Origin: a virus
Taxonomy: Duplodnaviria > Caudoviricetes
Virus record (IMG/VR): IMGVR_UViG_3300029305_005387
DNA: 64,000 nt
Strand: one strand, 5' to 3'
Shown: in pieces, positions 21,201 through 29,611 of the stretch
How positions within the stretch are numbered: position 1 is the stretch's first letter
Layout of the letters: the number at the start of each line of letters is the position of its first letter
Notes under the pieces: model-generated
What the model was told of the DNA's origin: nothing
Databases searched by the model: none
Seen by the model: only the letters and a program-made list of their open reading frames with translations
Made by a program: the position numbers and the translations under genes

Positions 21201-24200
21201 ATGAATAGCTGTTAAAATACCGCCCCATTTAATGAGATTATTCAGTATACCATTATCGCCACCAAGAATTTCAGTAATCTTTTCAAAGAAACTAGATTTC
21301 TCCTCTTTCTCCTCAGAAACTATTTCTTCTTGACTTTGTAGCAATTCACGTGACTTTGCTGCTAATACAGATTTATTACTGTCATCCTTAGCTGCTTCTG
21401 CAATAATCTGATTCACAAGTCTCTGATCTGTAGTTGTTATATGTCCTTCAGAAGCAAGTGTTGCAGCCATTCCTAATGTAGAATTAGCAAATCCTTCATC
21501 TTCTTCATGACGAGCACTTTGTGCTACTGTATCCTTTAAATCATCAGAAGGAGCTGCTTCAGCAGATGTTCTAAAATCATCTCCCTTAAACATATCAGCG
21601 ATTCCATGAAGTTCTGGATTAACCTGTCCTATGGTGGAATTATTTTCAGAAGACTCAGATTCTGCAGTTTTCTTAATCGAACCAGGTAGCCAAGACTTAA
21701 TTGTATTGATGATCTCATCAATTCTGGTGTGAAGACCCTCATCATGTGTATATATTGAACCCTTTTCAGATCCTAGCTCAGCAAGTGTTGTTACTCCTTC
21801 TCGGATTTCAGAAGTATCTTGTGCTGTTTGTACAGCAGCTTCATTTGCTGCTACTTCTTCAGGTGTGAGGACTCTCTCATGTGTATATTCTTTTACTTTG
21901 GCAGCCCATCTGGAACGACGTTCGTTTTCAGCTGCTTTATAGGTCTTATAGTCAGCATACTTATCATCTTTTGCTCTTTCATCTTTAATAGATGCAGCTC
22001 TATCTTTTCTACGAGATCTAATAAAAGATTTAGTAGAAACTGTCTTTTCTTCACCAGTCTCTTCATCAACATATGTATGCTTATTTTTACCTGCAATAGA
22101 ATTTGCAATACTACTTAAACCAGCTCCAATTACACCAGTACCAGCAGAACTTGCTCCTCGTGTTGCTCCACCAATCATAGCTATAGGAGCTTTGGCGACA
22201 TTAAGAAGTCCTTTTAATGGAGATAACATCATGTTTCCAATAAACTTAAAAACTTTACCAAAGTGAGATTCAGCAGAATTTGCAATTCTATCTTTAATAG
22301 CAACTCCAATATCGGATAATGGTCCAAGAATATTTTTCTTTAAATTATCTCCGATATGTTGGGCAGTTTTACCAATCTGGAATTTAATAGGATCAACGAT
22401 TCCATCAGTTAAGCGAGTTAAAAGACCTTTGGCTCTTCCTTTTTCATCTCTACCTATAAACAGATCTTTTATCTTGCTACCAATATCCATTCCTGATAAT
22501 GCATTACCAGCGACGGCACCCATTATTAGACCAATTGGCCCTCCTAATATACCAGCACCAGCAAATGCACCTACAGATGCAGATATTAATTTCTTACGTT
22601 TATTAACAATGGAATTATCTTCATCCTTATCTCCATAATCAAAATATCCTGCTACTTCTTTAAACCATCCAGCAGCTTTATCTTTGGTACCTGCAAACAT
22701 GTCTTTGACATAATCTTTTACAAATCCAAAATAACCGCCTTTTTCATTTTCAGCCACATCTACTCTATTACCATCTTCATCAGTATAACTGTAAGCATGA
22801 CCGAAAATTTTATGTTTCAAATAACCAGTAACATTTCCAAATTGATCATTTATTCGAGCTGCTCCAGCTTTAACCTGTTCGCCTGTTACCTCTGTAACAT
22901 CTCTCATGATTAAACTAAAAGCTTCTCGTACTTGTTCAGGAGATCCAGAGAATAAAGCCCTTCTTAAATTTCCTCCTCTTTCTTTACCCCATCTTACAAA
23001 ACGTTGTCCCTTAGACAACTCTTCAGTTGTTCCATCTTCAAGTTCTTGATTTTGTAACAGATTAGGTTCATCAAATGTATTTTCACCAGAAAGAGTAGAA
23101 ACTGTATTTTGTGATTGACCTGTAGCAATATCATTAGTTGCTTTAGGTCTATAATCAACTGGTGGAGATAAATATTCATTACCTCTTTCCGGATAAGGAT
23201 CAGTTTGAATATTTGAACTTCCTACTTGGAAAACATTAATACCTCTATTCAAAACTCTAAATATTTCATATAAAGCTTTATTTGAATAAAAAGTACCAGT
23301 ATGTATATTTCCAGTTGATTTAATTTCACTCTCCGCATTGCTTTGAATTCTACCATGTGATCTAAGAATATTTTGTACTTCTTTATCAGCATTAGATTTC
23401 ACATCAGAAAGATCCATGTTATAAGCATTTGCAGTGCTCAGATAAGAAGACATTTTACGATTACGATTTACATTTATCATTGCAATCTGATTAGAGATAT
23501 CAGTACTAATATTTGTATCCAAGTGTTTGGAAATGTTAGAACCCATTTGATCAACTCTGGCTCTTTCATTATCGCTCATCGTCAGATTGTTATTTTTATA
23601 TAAATCTTCAATATACTGAGTAAATTTTGAAGGATCCATTGTAAATCCTTCAATTTGCCTTCTAGCTTCTCCTCCTGCAGTTTTATTACCAAGATCAGTA
23701 ACCATAAAGTCATAGATCATCGATCCGAAACTATCATATCCAAATGATTCTCTAACTTGTCTACTTGCACTACCAAGAGAACCACTTGCAGTAGAAGCAT
23801 CTAAATAATCTTTTTTAATAGTAGCTTTAGTTGAAAACTTTCTTCCCTGATAATCATATACTACATCTTCTCCACTAATAGCGTTAAGAATCTTTCTAAG
23901 ATAACCAGGTATTGCATTCGTTATAGATTCATGAGCAATAGAATCAAATGGAACTGCTTTTAATTCTAATGAAGATCTAGTGTTACTAATATCCTGACGT
24001 CTAGAATCAATGCCGAATAAACGAGAAAGTTTTCCACTTTCACTCCAACTATTATTTTCTCCTAACCTAATCAAAGAATTCAAAACAGTGTCACTAATAG
24101 CACTGTCAAGAGCTTCCATATTTTTACGAAGATTAGGAGCTTTTGCATCTAAAATACTTGACAATATACCACTTGTCAATGCCTCTGGAGTTGCCATCTG

Positions 24201-24947
24201 TTTTAACATCGTAGGATTTAACAACATAGGCATGAAAGCAGTTATCATTCCTAATTCTGGATGATTTTTAATATTACCTTGGAGAATTTTCTTATATTCA
24301 GATAAACTAAATTTTCCAGAAGATAACATACTCTGAGTTGGATTTTCTTTAGAAGCAGCCGCAACTGTAGCTTCAATTGCAGTAGATGTATTTTTTGTAA
24401 CTATCTCTAAAATATTATTCAGAATTTCATGAGTACGATCAAAACCAGTTGAGATAATATTACTCTGTTGATCAACACTTGTTACAATATTAGCAGTCAA
24501 TTGCATATGACCTTCCATCATATGATGACCGCTTTCTACAACTGCTTTAGAAATTTTATTACTACTTGCTTCAGTTTCACTAATTTCTATTTCAGTAAGT
24601 TTTGCTGAACTAGATTCTTCTAGGTCAATATCAAAATCTAATGAGGAATCGAAATCAATAGATCCAATATCTCCAAAATCATCTTCACTTTGCATAAACC
24701 ATCTGAATACATCTTTTAACCCAGTTTGAACTTTCATTTGTTTCAAACTAGGCATTATAGCTTGCATATTTTTACTCAATGCATTAGATGCTGAAGAAAT
24801 CGTACTAGTTGCTTCTGTAATAGTACTAGTGGTCACTGGCATTACATCTTTAATATAATCACCAGCAGCACCAGTAATCAAACCAGTCGTTCTTTTTAGA
24901 AAATCTCCGGCAATACTGCCTTTTTTTGTACTAATAGAAGCAGCCAT
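15282..24947 (-). CDS. Giant tape-measure-like tail protein with C-terminal M23 peptidase, CHAP and phage-tail lysozyme domains (3221 aa)
   Basis: HYGVDL...MHL...GWSTGAHLHY (M23); PWCMAFV...HTGIV...TIEGN (CHAP); IAGVLGCWTKES...GIGYAQWT (Phage_lysozyme2-like); Ala/Gly-rich amphipathic body. Confidence 0.8.
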   Translation of the reverse strand: MAASISTKKGSIAGDFLKRTTGLITGAAGDYIKDVMPVTTSTITEATSTISSASNALSKNMQAIMPSLKQMKVQTGLKDVFRWFMQSEDDFGDIGSIDFDSSLDFDIDLEESSSAKLTEIEISETEASSNKISKAVVESGHHMMEGHMQLTANIVTSVDQQSNIISTGFDRTHEILNNILEIVTKNTSTAIEATVAAASKENPTQSMLSSGKFSLSEYKKILQGNIKNHPELGMITAFMPMLLNPTMLKQMATPEALTSGILSSILDAKAPNLRKNMEALDSAISDTVLNSLIRLGENNSWSESGKLSRLFGIDSRRQDISNTRSSLELKAVPFDSIAHESITNAIPGYLRKILNAISGEDVVYDYQGRKFSTKATIKKDYLDASTASGSLGSASRQVRESFGYDSFGSMIYDFMVTDLGNKTAGGEARRQIEGFTMDPSKFTQYIEDLYKNNNLTMSDNERARVDQMGSNISKHLDTNISTDISNQIAMINVNRNRKMSSYLSTANAYNMDLSDVKSNADKEVQNILRSHGRIQSNAESEIKSTGNIHTGTFYSNKALYEIFRVLNRGINVFQVGSSNIQTDPYPERGNEYLSPPVDYRPKATNDIATGQSQNTVSTLSGENTFDEPNLLQNQELEDGTTEELSKGQRFVRWGKERGGNLRRALFSGSPEQVREAFSLIMRDVTEVTGEQVKAGAARINDQFGNVTGYLKHKIFGHAYSYTDEDGNRVDVAENEKGGYFGFVKDYVKDMFAGTKDKAAGWFKEVAGYFDYGDKDEDNSIVNKRKKLISASVGAFAGAGILGGPIGLIMGAVAGNALSGMDIGSKIKDLFIGRDEKGRAKGLLTRLTDGIVDPIKFQIGKTAQHIGDNLKKNILGPLSDIGVAIKDRIANSAESHFGKVFKFIGNMMLSPLKGLLNVAKAPIAMIGGATRGASSAGTGVIGAGLSSIANSIAGKNKHTYVDEETGEEKTVSTKSFIRSRRKDRAASIKDERAKDDKYADYKTYKAAENERRSRWAAKVKEYTHERVLTPEEVAANEAAVQTAQDTSEIREGVTTLAELGSEKGSIYTHDEGLHTRIDEIINTIKSWLPGSIKKTAESESSENNSTIGQVNPELHGIADMFKGDDFRTSAEAAPSDDLKDTVAQSARHEEDEGFANSTLGMAATLASEGHITTTDQRLVNQIIAEAAKDDSNKSVLAAKSRELLQSQEEIVSEEKEEKSSFFEKITEILGGDNGILNNLIKWGGILTAIHTILGAFGNMDNIADQLRDSWEEFWGSDKSDDPVTSGVNTVLNTFDAEVNDKTDLFNPFTNVYHNDTDASGEQVIHQGATEAKNDYLLYTPLKQSITKPAYQAYKYTRDSVNYMNMADDAYAEASDLTRRARIAEMDGDVDGAATLRQQRDQLADQSGDYYQRAQDADADAAEARSQTGKGALDEVVLNAKRVGVMTGVSTIAGEAASYVGDQLGLSEENSERLGDYVTAGTTAGLIVNQGVSAIKGKKSVIDKGVGLVDNIIEILKKFFNFLATKFKAVNALKSFGGKITSFFDDICRKTTGKVTSTIAEKITAKLTAKLGAGTAKQAISALGVGVPIAIGAISGIASGLCSVEHLFNVAPGEADATMKAIAAVQKGVFEALEWTPAVGFIVSALDIIDQLIILGLTGKTLQQYIAEFLYKLIAGEEGAATLAEKQGEMTAQKDKYNAQYGTDLNSSTFNDLVNNGSWVDKVLRGGMKKDEEGNFVFDDAGGIIDGGLKGAVIGGEKQYVKNEEGVVVRDAEGKAIRAVDAEGNELYKDEKFGAKIGKWANSVGRFFTGGDVYETDENGVAKVDAEGNYVVKETKGNLIERTGAALSNAGDSIKEFTENIGDKAKKGFSDFKSSAATLFSYVKKGDIKGLLSSKSSEVDTDSPISGFGSAVYNAGKTFITVPTLISAAGHGIADKVTGVVKKVKDFGSTISAEREYANKLLTDKSSNFSDLFKVEDEDPDNPVGDFMKVTKIASRLSIIPTALVKRVGGIIGDKISKIVSVVKNDFNQLSTSVGNLTQYISAGDLEGLKTAEFVDNDENPVGKLTRSIFNGVRFVSFVPAGLSWVGHKIADKFNAVKEKVSNSFTTLGTNHDTLNAISKTGDFTALGAATMEMDPENPVGGFTQGIFNVDKFLHYVPTGLHWVGNSVSSKFNAVKEKVSNSFGALTQNHESISQFVKDGDVTGLLGLDFEDDPENPVGGFTKAIFTVDKYLNVPSAGLHWVGAKVKEKFTAMLDTIGEAKSTLDTNVDSIEEYAKAGDFEGIKSLEYEDNSENPLGGIMKAMFGVAKLINYPRAGIHVIGNKIKEGFEGISTKVSSNKSTLDTALSDLADSAKDGDVNAVWSKELTLEDGDPLSAIWKVSFTISKLFNSAVAIVSSIGNWIEDAIDSVKEKFSGGLEKFWDWLGGSGGDSEGVGGPRIGGAVPFRSSMQPAYAGIGGSIEGGNPLNKSYSVSSGFGKRRHPYEGYHYGVDLIPRDGSKTADVESRFSGTISKVERTVADNDTAHKDANGKWSYSGNKSGGNEVWIDTDNGKRVKNMHLAAGSIPSSIKPGARVEVGTKIGRMGSTGWSTGAHLHYQIENDAKLGRKSAINPIHGGYQEIDNDSRIGTGGTSDGIFNQLIDKIQEVGTGFLNLITGGLFSNNSSSSSSSISGSSGAYSGGVGSAADFLAMCAAEIGTTENPPGSNKVKYNTWYYGKEVSGDSYPWCMAFVQWCFNNAGLTLPHKTASCSQLMNWYKSNQSDKVHTSNPKPGDIIIWTKSTSSMSHTGIVEEVLGNGYIQTIEGNTSASDAGSQSNGGCVARKKRKMSEVTVYIRAVDFSNLQTSLSSISSVGEGAEELWKYFKGLGYSDHAIAGVLGCWTKESGNRSKRVEWDYSNSFKTLLGYDKVLNDRSAMDNYTQALFNQYASQGLSINRAAYKASDGHYYPGIGYAQWTGPRGKALLDFARSNNLDWGDSATQLAFLDTELKGSYSGVRSKIENASSPEEAARLFCKYFEGYSGDSSSRQSTARSLYNQLKGKYGTGGSIEDENYDFESQNAQVLKDPSGKTLEVQADPGNIEDGIGGPTDSSIGTMNNYATTQRKSIPKVTPSDNYSVTHTLNQSNPPIIKASAPVTSDNSYQHDIIPGTDLSGVIGLMKQVVSELVKISTNTGSSTTLLSSLNEKEFVDQGLRDSINALGKSKSKTFNKGSSSYSSARSITAMARP
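17800..19300 (-). repeat. About seven 78-aa (234 bp) internal repeats in the tape measure protein
   Basis: D-x-ENPVGG-like motif at 17832, 18066, 18300, 18534, 18768, 19002 and 19239; an identical ~39-bp DNA stretch at ~18406 and ~18640. Confidence 0.85.
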
Positions 24948-25028
24948 TTCGCGTTCACCACCTTTATAAAATAATTACTTCTTACGTGTTTTAATAAGTG
25001 TGTGCAGAAATAACATCAAATGAAGAAA

Positions 25029-25062
25029 AAATAAAAGGGTGGAAATTTCCACCCTTTTATTT
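25029..25062. terminator. Terminator
   Basis: Perfect 34-bp palindrome aaataaaagggtggaaa/tttccacccttttattt. Confidence 0.7.
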
Positions 25063-25074
25063 CATAAACTATTT

Positions 25075-25389
25075 TTACTTGTTATCATCCTCGAAAGGAT
25101 CTTCTTCAGCAGACACTACATCATTTGTTTCCATACTATCTTCGGAATTCTCTTCGTTAATCTCAGTTTCTTCAGTGTCAGATTCAAATGCATATTCCAT
25201 GAGTTTAATACCAGCTAAGAGAAGAGGAATTTCTGTCATTACAGTTACAGCTGTTCTACCAAGCTCCCAGATGAACTTAGGAACTTTCTGACCCTTCTGT
25301 CTTGTTACTTCCGATACGACGATTCCTGCAGCTACTCCACTCAAACTTGTTGCGATACCAATTGCCAATTTTCCTTTATTAATCTTCAT
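25075..25389 (-). CDS. Small hypothetical membrane protein with acidic tail
   Basis: AAGGAG RBS; two hydrophobic stretches. Confidence 0.65.
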   Translation of the reverse strand: MKINKGKLAIGIATSLSGVAAGIVVSEVTRQKGQKVPKFIWELGRTAVTVMTEIPLLLAGIKLMEYAFESDTEETEINEENSEDSMETNDVVSAEEDPFEDDNK

Positions 25390-25407
25390 AATATTATCTC
25401 CTTTTCT

Positions 25408-25788
25408 TTATTTGTTGATATATGGTGTTAAAAGATCTCTCAGTACTTCTTTTACAGCTCCACCATGGTATGTTACTACCATCCATTCACCATTACAAAT
25501 GGAAGCATCAATGCTATGGTGTTCAGGAACTGAATAATCACAGATTCCAGGTCTTGTACATGGATAAATCTTAACGTTAGAATGTTCTGGATCAAATACA
25601 AAATTGCAAAATGAATCAAATGACTTAGTAATAGAATCACGATGAACTACGTTTACTTGAACTTTATTATCGTAAACATGAAGACCCCACTCACCAGCGA
25701 AACCAGCAGGAATATGAATACCAATATCATTGACTTTGCATTCCTGAATGTAATTGAATAAATCCCTAAATGTAACTTCTCTGTTCAT
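25408..25788 (-). CDS. Hypothetical protein
   Basis: AAGGAGG RBS; TATATTCT at 25849-25856. Confidence 0.7.
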   Translation of the reverse strand: MNREVTFRDLFNYIQECKVNDIGIHIPAGFAGEWGLHVYDNKVQVNVVHRDSITKSFDSFCNFVFDPEHSNVKIYPCTRPGICDYSVPEHHSIDASICNGEWMVVTYHGGAVKEVLRDLLTPYINK

Positions 25789-26039
25789 AATATGAACCTC
25801 CTTGTTGTGTATTATTTTATGTATATAATTTACCTTTGTTACATATTAAGAATATATTAGAAAATATTATAGATATACGATCGTCAATAATATAAGTATA
25901 ACTAAAGCATAAATTTTATAAAAATAAAATTACTAAATATTATATTATCATTAGCATTTTTACAGGAGATATGATCCTAAACACACAGACATTTCATTTA
26001 CCAAAAATGCGTACGATTTTTCAATAAAAATACCCAAAA

Positions 26040-26077
26040 AATGAATTATGAGAGGGAATTCCCTCTCATAATTCATT
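26040..26077. terminator. Terminator
   Basis: Perfect 38-bp palindrome centred on GAATTC. Confidence 0.7.
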
Positions 26078-27161
26078 ACTGTAATAGAGCTGATAAATTA
26101 ATAGGATTATCCAAGAATCGTTTGTTATTCAAACTTTCAACTGATTCTAGATCAATCTTATCAACCATCTGAGATTTAATTTCTTCGATATCAACTTCAC
26201 TTAACATTTCATACTGTGAATCTATTGAAGAACATAGAAAAGCTTGTTTCATATCGTCCCTATATTTTTCTGGAAATAAACCAATTATAGAATCAATTGA
26301 TGAGAAATCTTTCAAGACGTTTCCCTGTCTAATTCCCTCTTTGAGAATACTTGTTAACTTACCAATTCCAAATCCGAATGTACCTCGAATATTTCTAATT
26401 TTACTACCATTAATTGCAATTAATAAACGATAATACATTTCAGAATTAAATAATGATAAATCAAACGGAGATTCGTCTTTGATAATAGTTCTAACTGTAC
26501 TTTCAATATCGCTAGTAACATTAAAATGTTTAAATCTTCTTTTCACATATAATACAATAAATGAAGAATTAAACATATATAGTGTATCAAATATATCTGC
26601 AGTAATTATGATATTTTTACCAGTATTCATTCTTGATACAGCTAATGGGATTACACTACTATCGAATGATTTACTTTTGATAAAATAACATCCAGGTATA
26701 TATGACATAATTAATTCAATTTCTGGAATAATAATGTCTTCAAGTAATTCACCCATTGCTCTAAATGCAGGAACTTGTTTATATTTATTGAAATAAAAAT
26801 CTCTGTAATATTTATTATATACTTCCATTTGTTGTGGTGTATCTTTCGAGAGATCTGTATAATATAAATAAATATTTACTTTACAATCATCTTTTCTAAA
26901 ATAATAACGATAATGAGCAACTAAGTTCAATATTGCAGCTTCTAATTCGATAACCACTTTTTGTTTATGATACGCAATACTACTTGCCAAACTTTTATGA
27001 ACTGTCAAATTATTCATTATTGATTCAAAGTTAATAAATACATTTACTTCGTCTCCTTTTTGTATCTTCATAGGTTGTAAAGCTAAATGTCTATTTAATA
27101 AATCCCATTTTAACATTAATAAACCAGCCGAAATACCTATGCCTGGTGTGTAGTTCTCCAT
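26076..27161 (-). CDS. Divergent 5'-3' exonuclease/flap endonuclease (T4 RNase H-like)
   Basis: IIITADIFD and H3TH-like GSKIRNIRGTFGFGIGK; adjacent to primase. Confidence 0.5.
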   Translation of the reverse strand: MENYTPGIGISAGLLMLKWDLLNRHLALQPMKIQKGDEVNVFINFESIMNNLTVHKSLASSIAYHKQKVVIELEAAILNLVAHYRYYFRKDDCKVNIYLYYTDLSKDTPQQMEVYNKYYRDFYFNKYKQVPAFRAMGELLEDIIIPEIELIMSYIPGCYFIKSKSFDSSVIPLAVSRMNTGKNIIITADIFDTLYMFNSSFIVLYVKRRFKHFNVTSDIESTVRTIIKDESPFDLSLFNSEMYYRLLIAINGSKIRNIRGTFGFGIGKLTSILKEGIRQGNVLKDFSSIDSIIGLFPEKYRDDMKQAFLCSSIDSQYEMLSEVDIEEIKSQMVDKIDLESVESLNNKRFLDNPINLSALLQ

Positions 27162-27179
27162 AATTGCACACTTCCTTTC

Positions 27180-28154
27180 TTATATTCTCTTTTCAATTAA
27201 TTGTATCTTATCTAATCTTACTCCAACATCTTTAGATTTAATATTTTTATACATAAATATGTCTTTACACATCCATTTGTATTGTTTTAAATCTTTCTTT
27301 AGTAGTTTTTCATCTATACCATTATCAATATAAATCTTGAAAATTATGTTACTGCCTATAAATCCTTTAGAGATTGCATATTCAAGAGCACTAATATAAT
27401 TAGAACTTAAAGATGCAATATACACAGAATTTTCTCCGTCATTAAAATTCTTATATACTGATAAAATATCCATAATTCCTTCAGCAATGTTAACAACGAT
27501 TGGTTCGGTAGTAAACAAATTCAGTGTACTTTTAATTGTATAGACAGATTTATGATCTCCTGGAATTATTTTTATTTTTCTCCATTGATGATCATATTCA
27601 CTACTTAAGAATGTTCTCACCATAACCATTGTCTTATCATCAGATAAAAATGTTATTGAGTCTCTATTACTAGGTAAACTATTTTTTGTTTTGCTACTAG
27701 TAATATATTGAGATAGATCATTAATATTCCAGATGATTTTAAATCTATCATAATCTTCTTGTGTAAATCCTTTACCTAACCTTGATTCAATATATTTAAC
27801 CTGTGGAGAATCCATGATGGGAATTCCAGTAATTATGTCCAGATTAGCTAATTTAATAGAAGGAATTCGGTTATATTTTTGATTTTCTACTAGGCTTATA
27901 GTATCTTTTTTTACATTTAATTTTTCTAAAAATTTAGAAGTTACTCTACCAGAAGAATTACATAAAAAGCAATTATATAATAAAGGCTCACTAGGATCAT
28001 ATCCGCATTTAATATAGCAATGAGCATCTTTTGGATTCTTTTGACTATCTCCACATATAGGACATCTAATTACATATTGAATATTATTGATCTTCTTGAA
28101 CACTGGTACAGAAGCTTGTATATCATCAAGAATTTTTAATTTCGTTTCATTCAT
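27180..28154 (-). CDS. DNA primase (T4 gp61-like)
   Basis: Zn finger RCPICGDSQKN...YNCFLC; TOPRIM AEGIMD, YIDN, KDVG. Confidence 0.85.
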   Translation of the reverse strand: MNETKLKILDDIQASVPVFKKINNIQYVIRCPICGDSQKNPKDAHCYIKCGYDPSEPLLYNCFLCNSSGRVTSKFLEKLNVKKDTISLVENQKYNRIPSIKLANLDIITGIPIMDSPQVKYIESRLGKGFTQEDYDRFKIIWNINDLSQYITSSKTKNSLPSNRDSITFLSDDKTMVMVRTFLSSEYDHQWRKIKIIPGDHKSVYTIKSTLNLFTTEPIVVNIAEGIMDILSVYKNFNDGENSVYIASLSSNYISALEYAISKGFIGSNIIFKIYIDNGIDEKLLKKDLKQYKWMCKDIFMYKNIKSKDVGVRLDKIQLIEKRI

Positions 28155-28195
28155 GTCACACACTCCAATCTATATATTTCTCTCATATTTTTATA

Positions 28196-28224
28196 ATAAT
28201 ATATAACTTAGGATTATATATTAT
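28196..28224. promoter_or_regulatory. Divergent pair of candidate early promoters (primase / tubulin)
   Basis: TATATTAT on - at 28196-28203 and on + at 28217-28224. Confidence 0.55.
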
Positions 28225-28342
28225 TAACATAAGGATTGAGAGTAAGTTTAACTTTATGAGTAAACTCTTTAAAAGAAGTAACATATATTTTATATCAAAT
28301 CCTTAAACAACAATAAAACATTTCAAGGAGGTTCATTTAACA

Positions 28343-29524
28343 ATGGAAAAGAAAATTGTAATCGTAGGCGTAGGTAACTGTGGTTCCCAGATCGCAAATC
28401 TAGCAGAAAGAAAATATCCAGAGCTATTTGACTGTATTTATATCAATAGCTCAGAAGCAGATCTTGCTATGGTACAGTGTGAAAATCCTAAACTAAAATT
28501 CAAAATTGGTAACAAAGATGAAATTGAAGGTTCTGGTAAAAATCGTACAAAGATGAAAGAATATCTAATGAACGATATCAACGGAATTCTGGGTAATGAA
28601 GATCTTCAGGATTGTATTTGTGAAAAGAAATATGCATTCATTTGCACAAGTGCAGCTGGTGGTACAGGTTCTGGTGCAGCTCCAGTTCTTATGGAGTTAC
28701 TAAGACAGATGTTCCCTGATACTAACTTTATTCTTGTAGGTGTATTACCTCAGCTCAATGCTTCTCTTATGGAACAGGGCAATGCACTTGAATTCCTTAC
28801 AGAACTCTATGATGTGCTTGGTGAAGGAACTACTTATATGCTTTATGATAACGAGTCAACAGCTGATCTTCCTCCTACCAAGGCTCTTGAAGTAGTAAAT
28901 GAAAATATCGTTGAAGATATTCATGCCCTTACAGGTGTTGATAATTACCCAACACCATACGAAAGCATTGACGAAGCGGATATGGAATCTATCATCACTA
29001 CTCCTGGTCGTCTTTTGGTAGTACGTATTAACAGCGGCCTTACTGAAAAGACCATGGAAGACAATAATCTTGATGAAATGATCGTTAAGGCAATTAAGAA
29101 ATCTTCCCATACAGAAACTGACCGTAATAAGAGAGTTGTACGTTGGGGTATTATCACATATTTCACTGACGAAGTAAACAAATTGTATGTTCCTAACTTG
29201 CAGGGATTGATTAATTTCATCGGAACACCTGTTGAACGTTTTAATCATAATGCGATTAATCAGCAGGCAGAGAGTCTCAACTTCCTTTATATGATTGCAA
29301 GTGGCCTTTCTCCTATCAATGATCGTGTTAAGAGAATTACTAACAAAATCGACGAATTAAAGAAAGCTCTTGCTAAGGATGAAACTAGTAAGTACATTCT
29401 TTCTGGTGAAGGTGCTTCTTATAACACCATGGAAGAAAGAAAGAAAGCTGATAGACGCAATCGTCAGGCAGGAACAGTTGATCCTCAGGCTATTTTCAAG
29501 AAATTCATGAATAAGAATGAATAA
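28343..29524 (+). CDS. Tubulin/FtsZ-family GTPase (PhuZ/TubZ-like)
   Basis: VGVGNCG, EGSGKNR, tubulin signature AAGGTGSG, LYDNE, SIDEAD. Confidence 0.9.
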   Translation: MEKKIVIVGVGNCGSQIANLAERKYPELFDCIYINSSEADLAMVQCENPKLKFKIGNKDEIEGSGKNRTKMKEYLMNDINGILGNEDLQDCICEKKYAFICTSAAGGTGSGAAPVLMELLRQMFPDTNFILVGVLPQLNASLMEQGNALEFLTELYDVLGEGTTYMLYDNESTADLPPTKALEVVNENIVEDIHALTGVDNYPTPYESIDEADMESIITTPGRLLVVRINSGLTEKTMEDNNLDEMIVKAIKKSSHTETDRNKRVVRWGIITYFTDEVNKLYVPNLQGLINFIGTPVERFNHNAINQQAESLNFLYMIASGLSPINDRVKRITNKIDELKKALAKDETSKYILSGEGASYNTMEERKKADRRNRQAGTVDPQAIFKKFMNKNE

Positions 29525-29538
29525 TATCAAATGAATAG

Positions 29539-29576
29539 ATGTATGGATAGCCCTTTTAAAAGGGCTATCCATACAT
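29539..29576. terminator. Long palindromic hairpin between tubulin and AAA genes
   Basis: Perfect 38-bp palindrome atgtatggatagccctttt/aaaagggctatccatacat; poor U-tract. Confidence 0.55.
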
Positions 29577-29611
29577 ACTGTTTCTTTAATAAAATCAAAG
29601 GAGGACTGTTT

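Noticed and set aside
15773-24264. Many 60-150 aa antisense or alternate-frame ORFs inside long genes, here and throughout the window
   Set aside because: Shadow ORFs without RBS or recognisable motifs.
25963-26027. 18-codon ORF after AGGAG in an AT-rich intergenic region
   Set aside because: RBS-ATG spacing is only 2 nt; no other support.
28343-29524. Phage-nucleus (chimallin) system inferred from the tubulin
   Set aside because: No chimallin-like gene is recognisable in the window; tubulin alone does not imply a nucleus.
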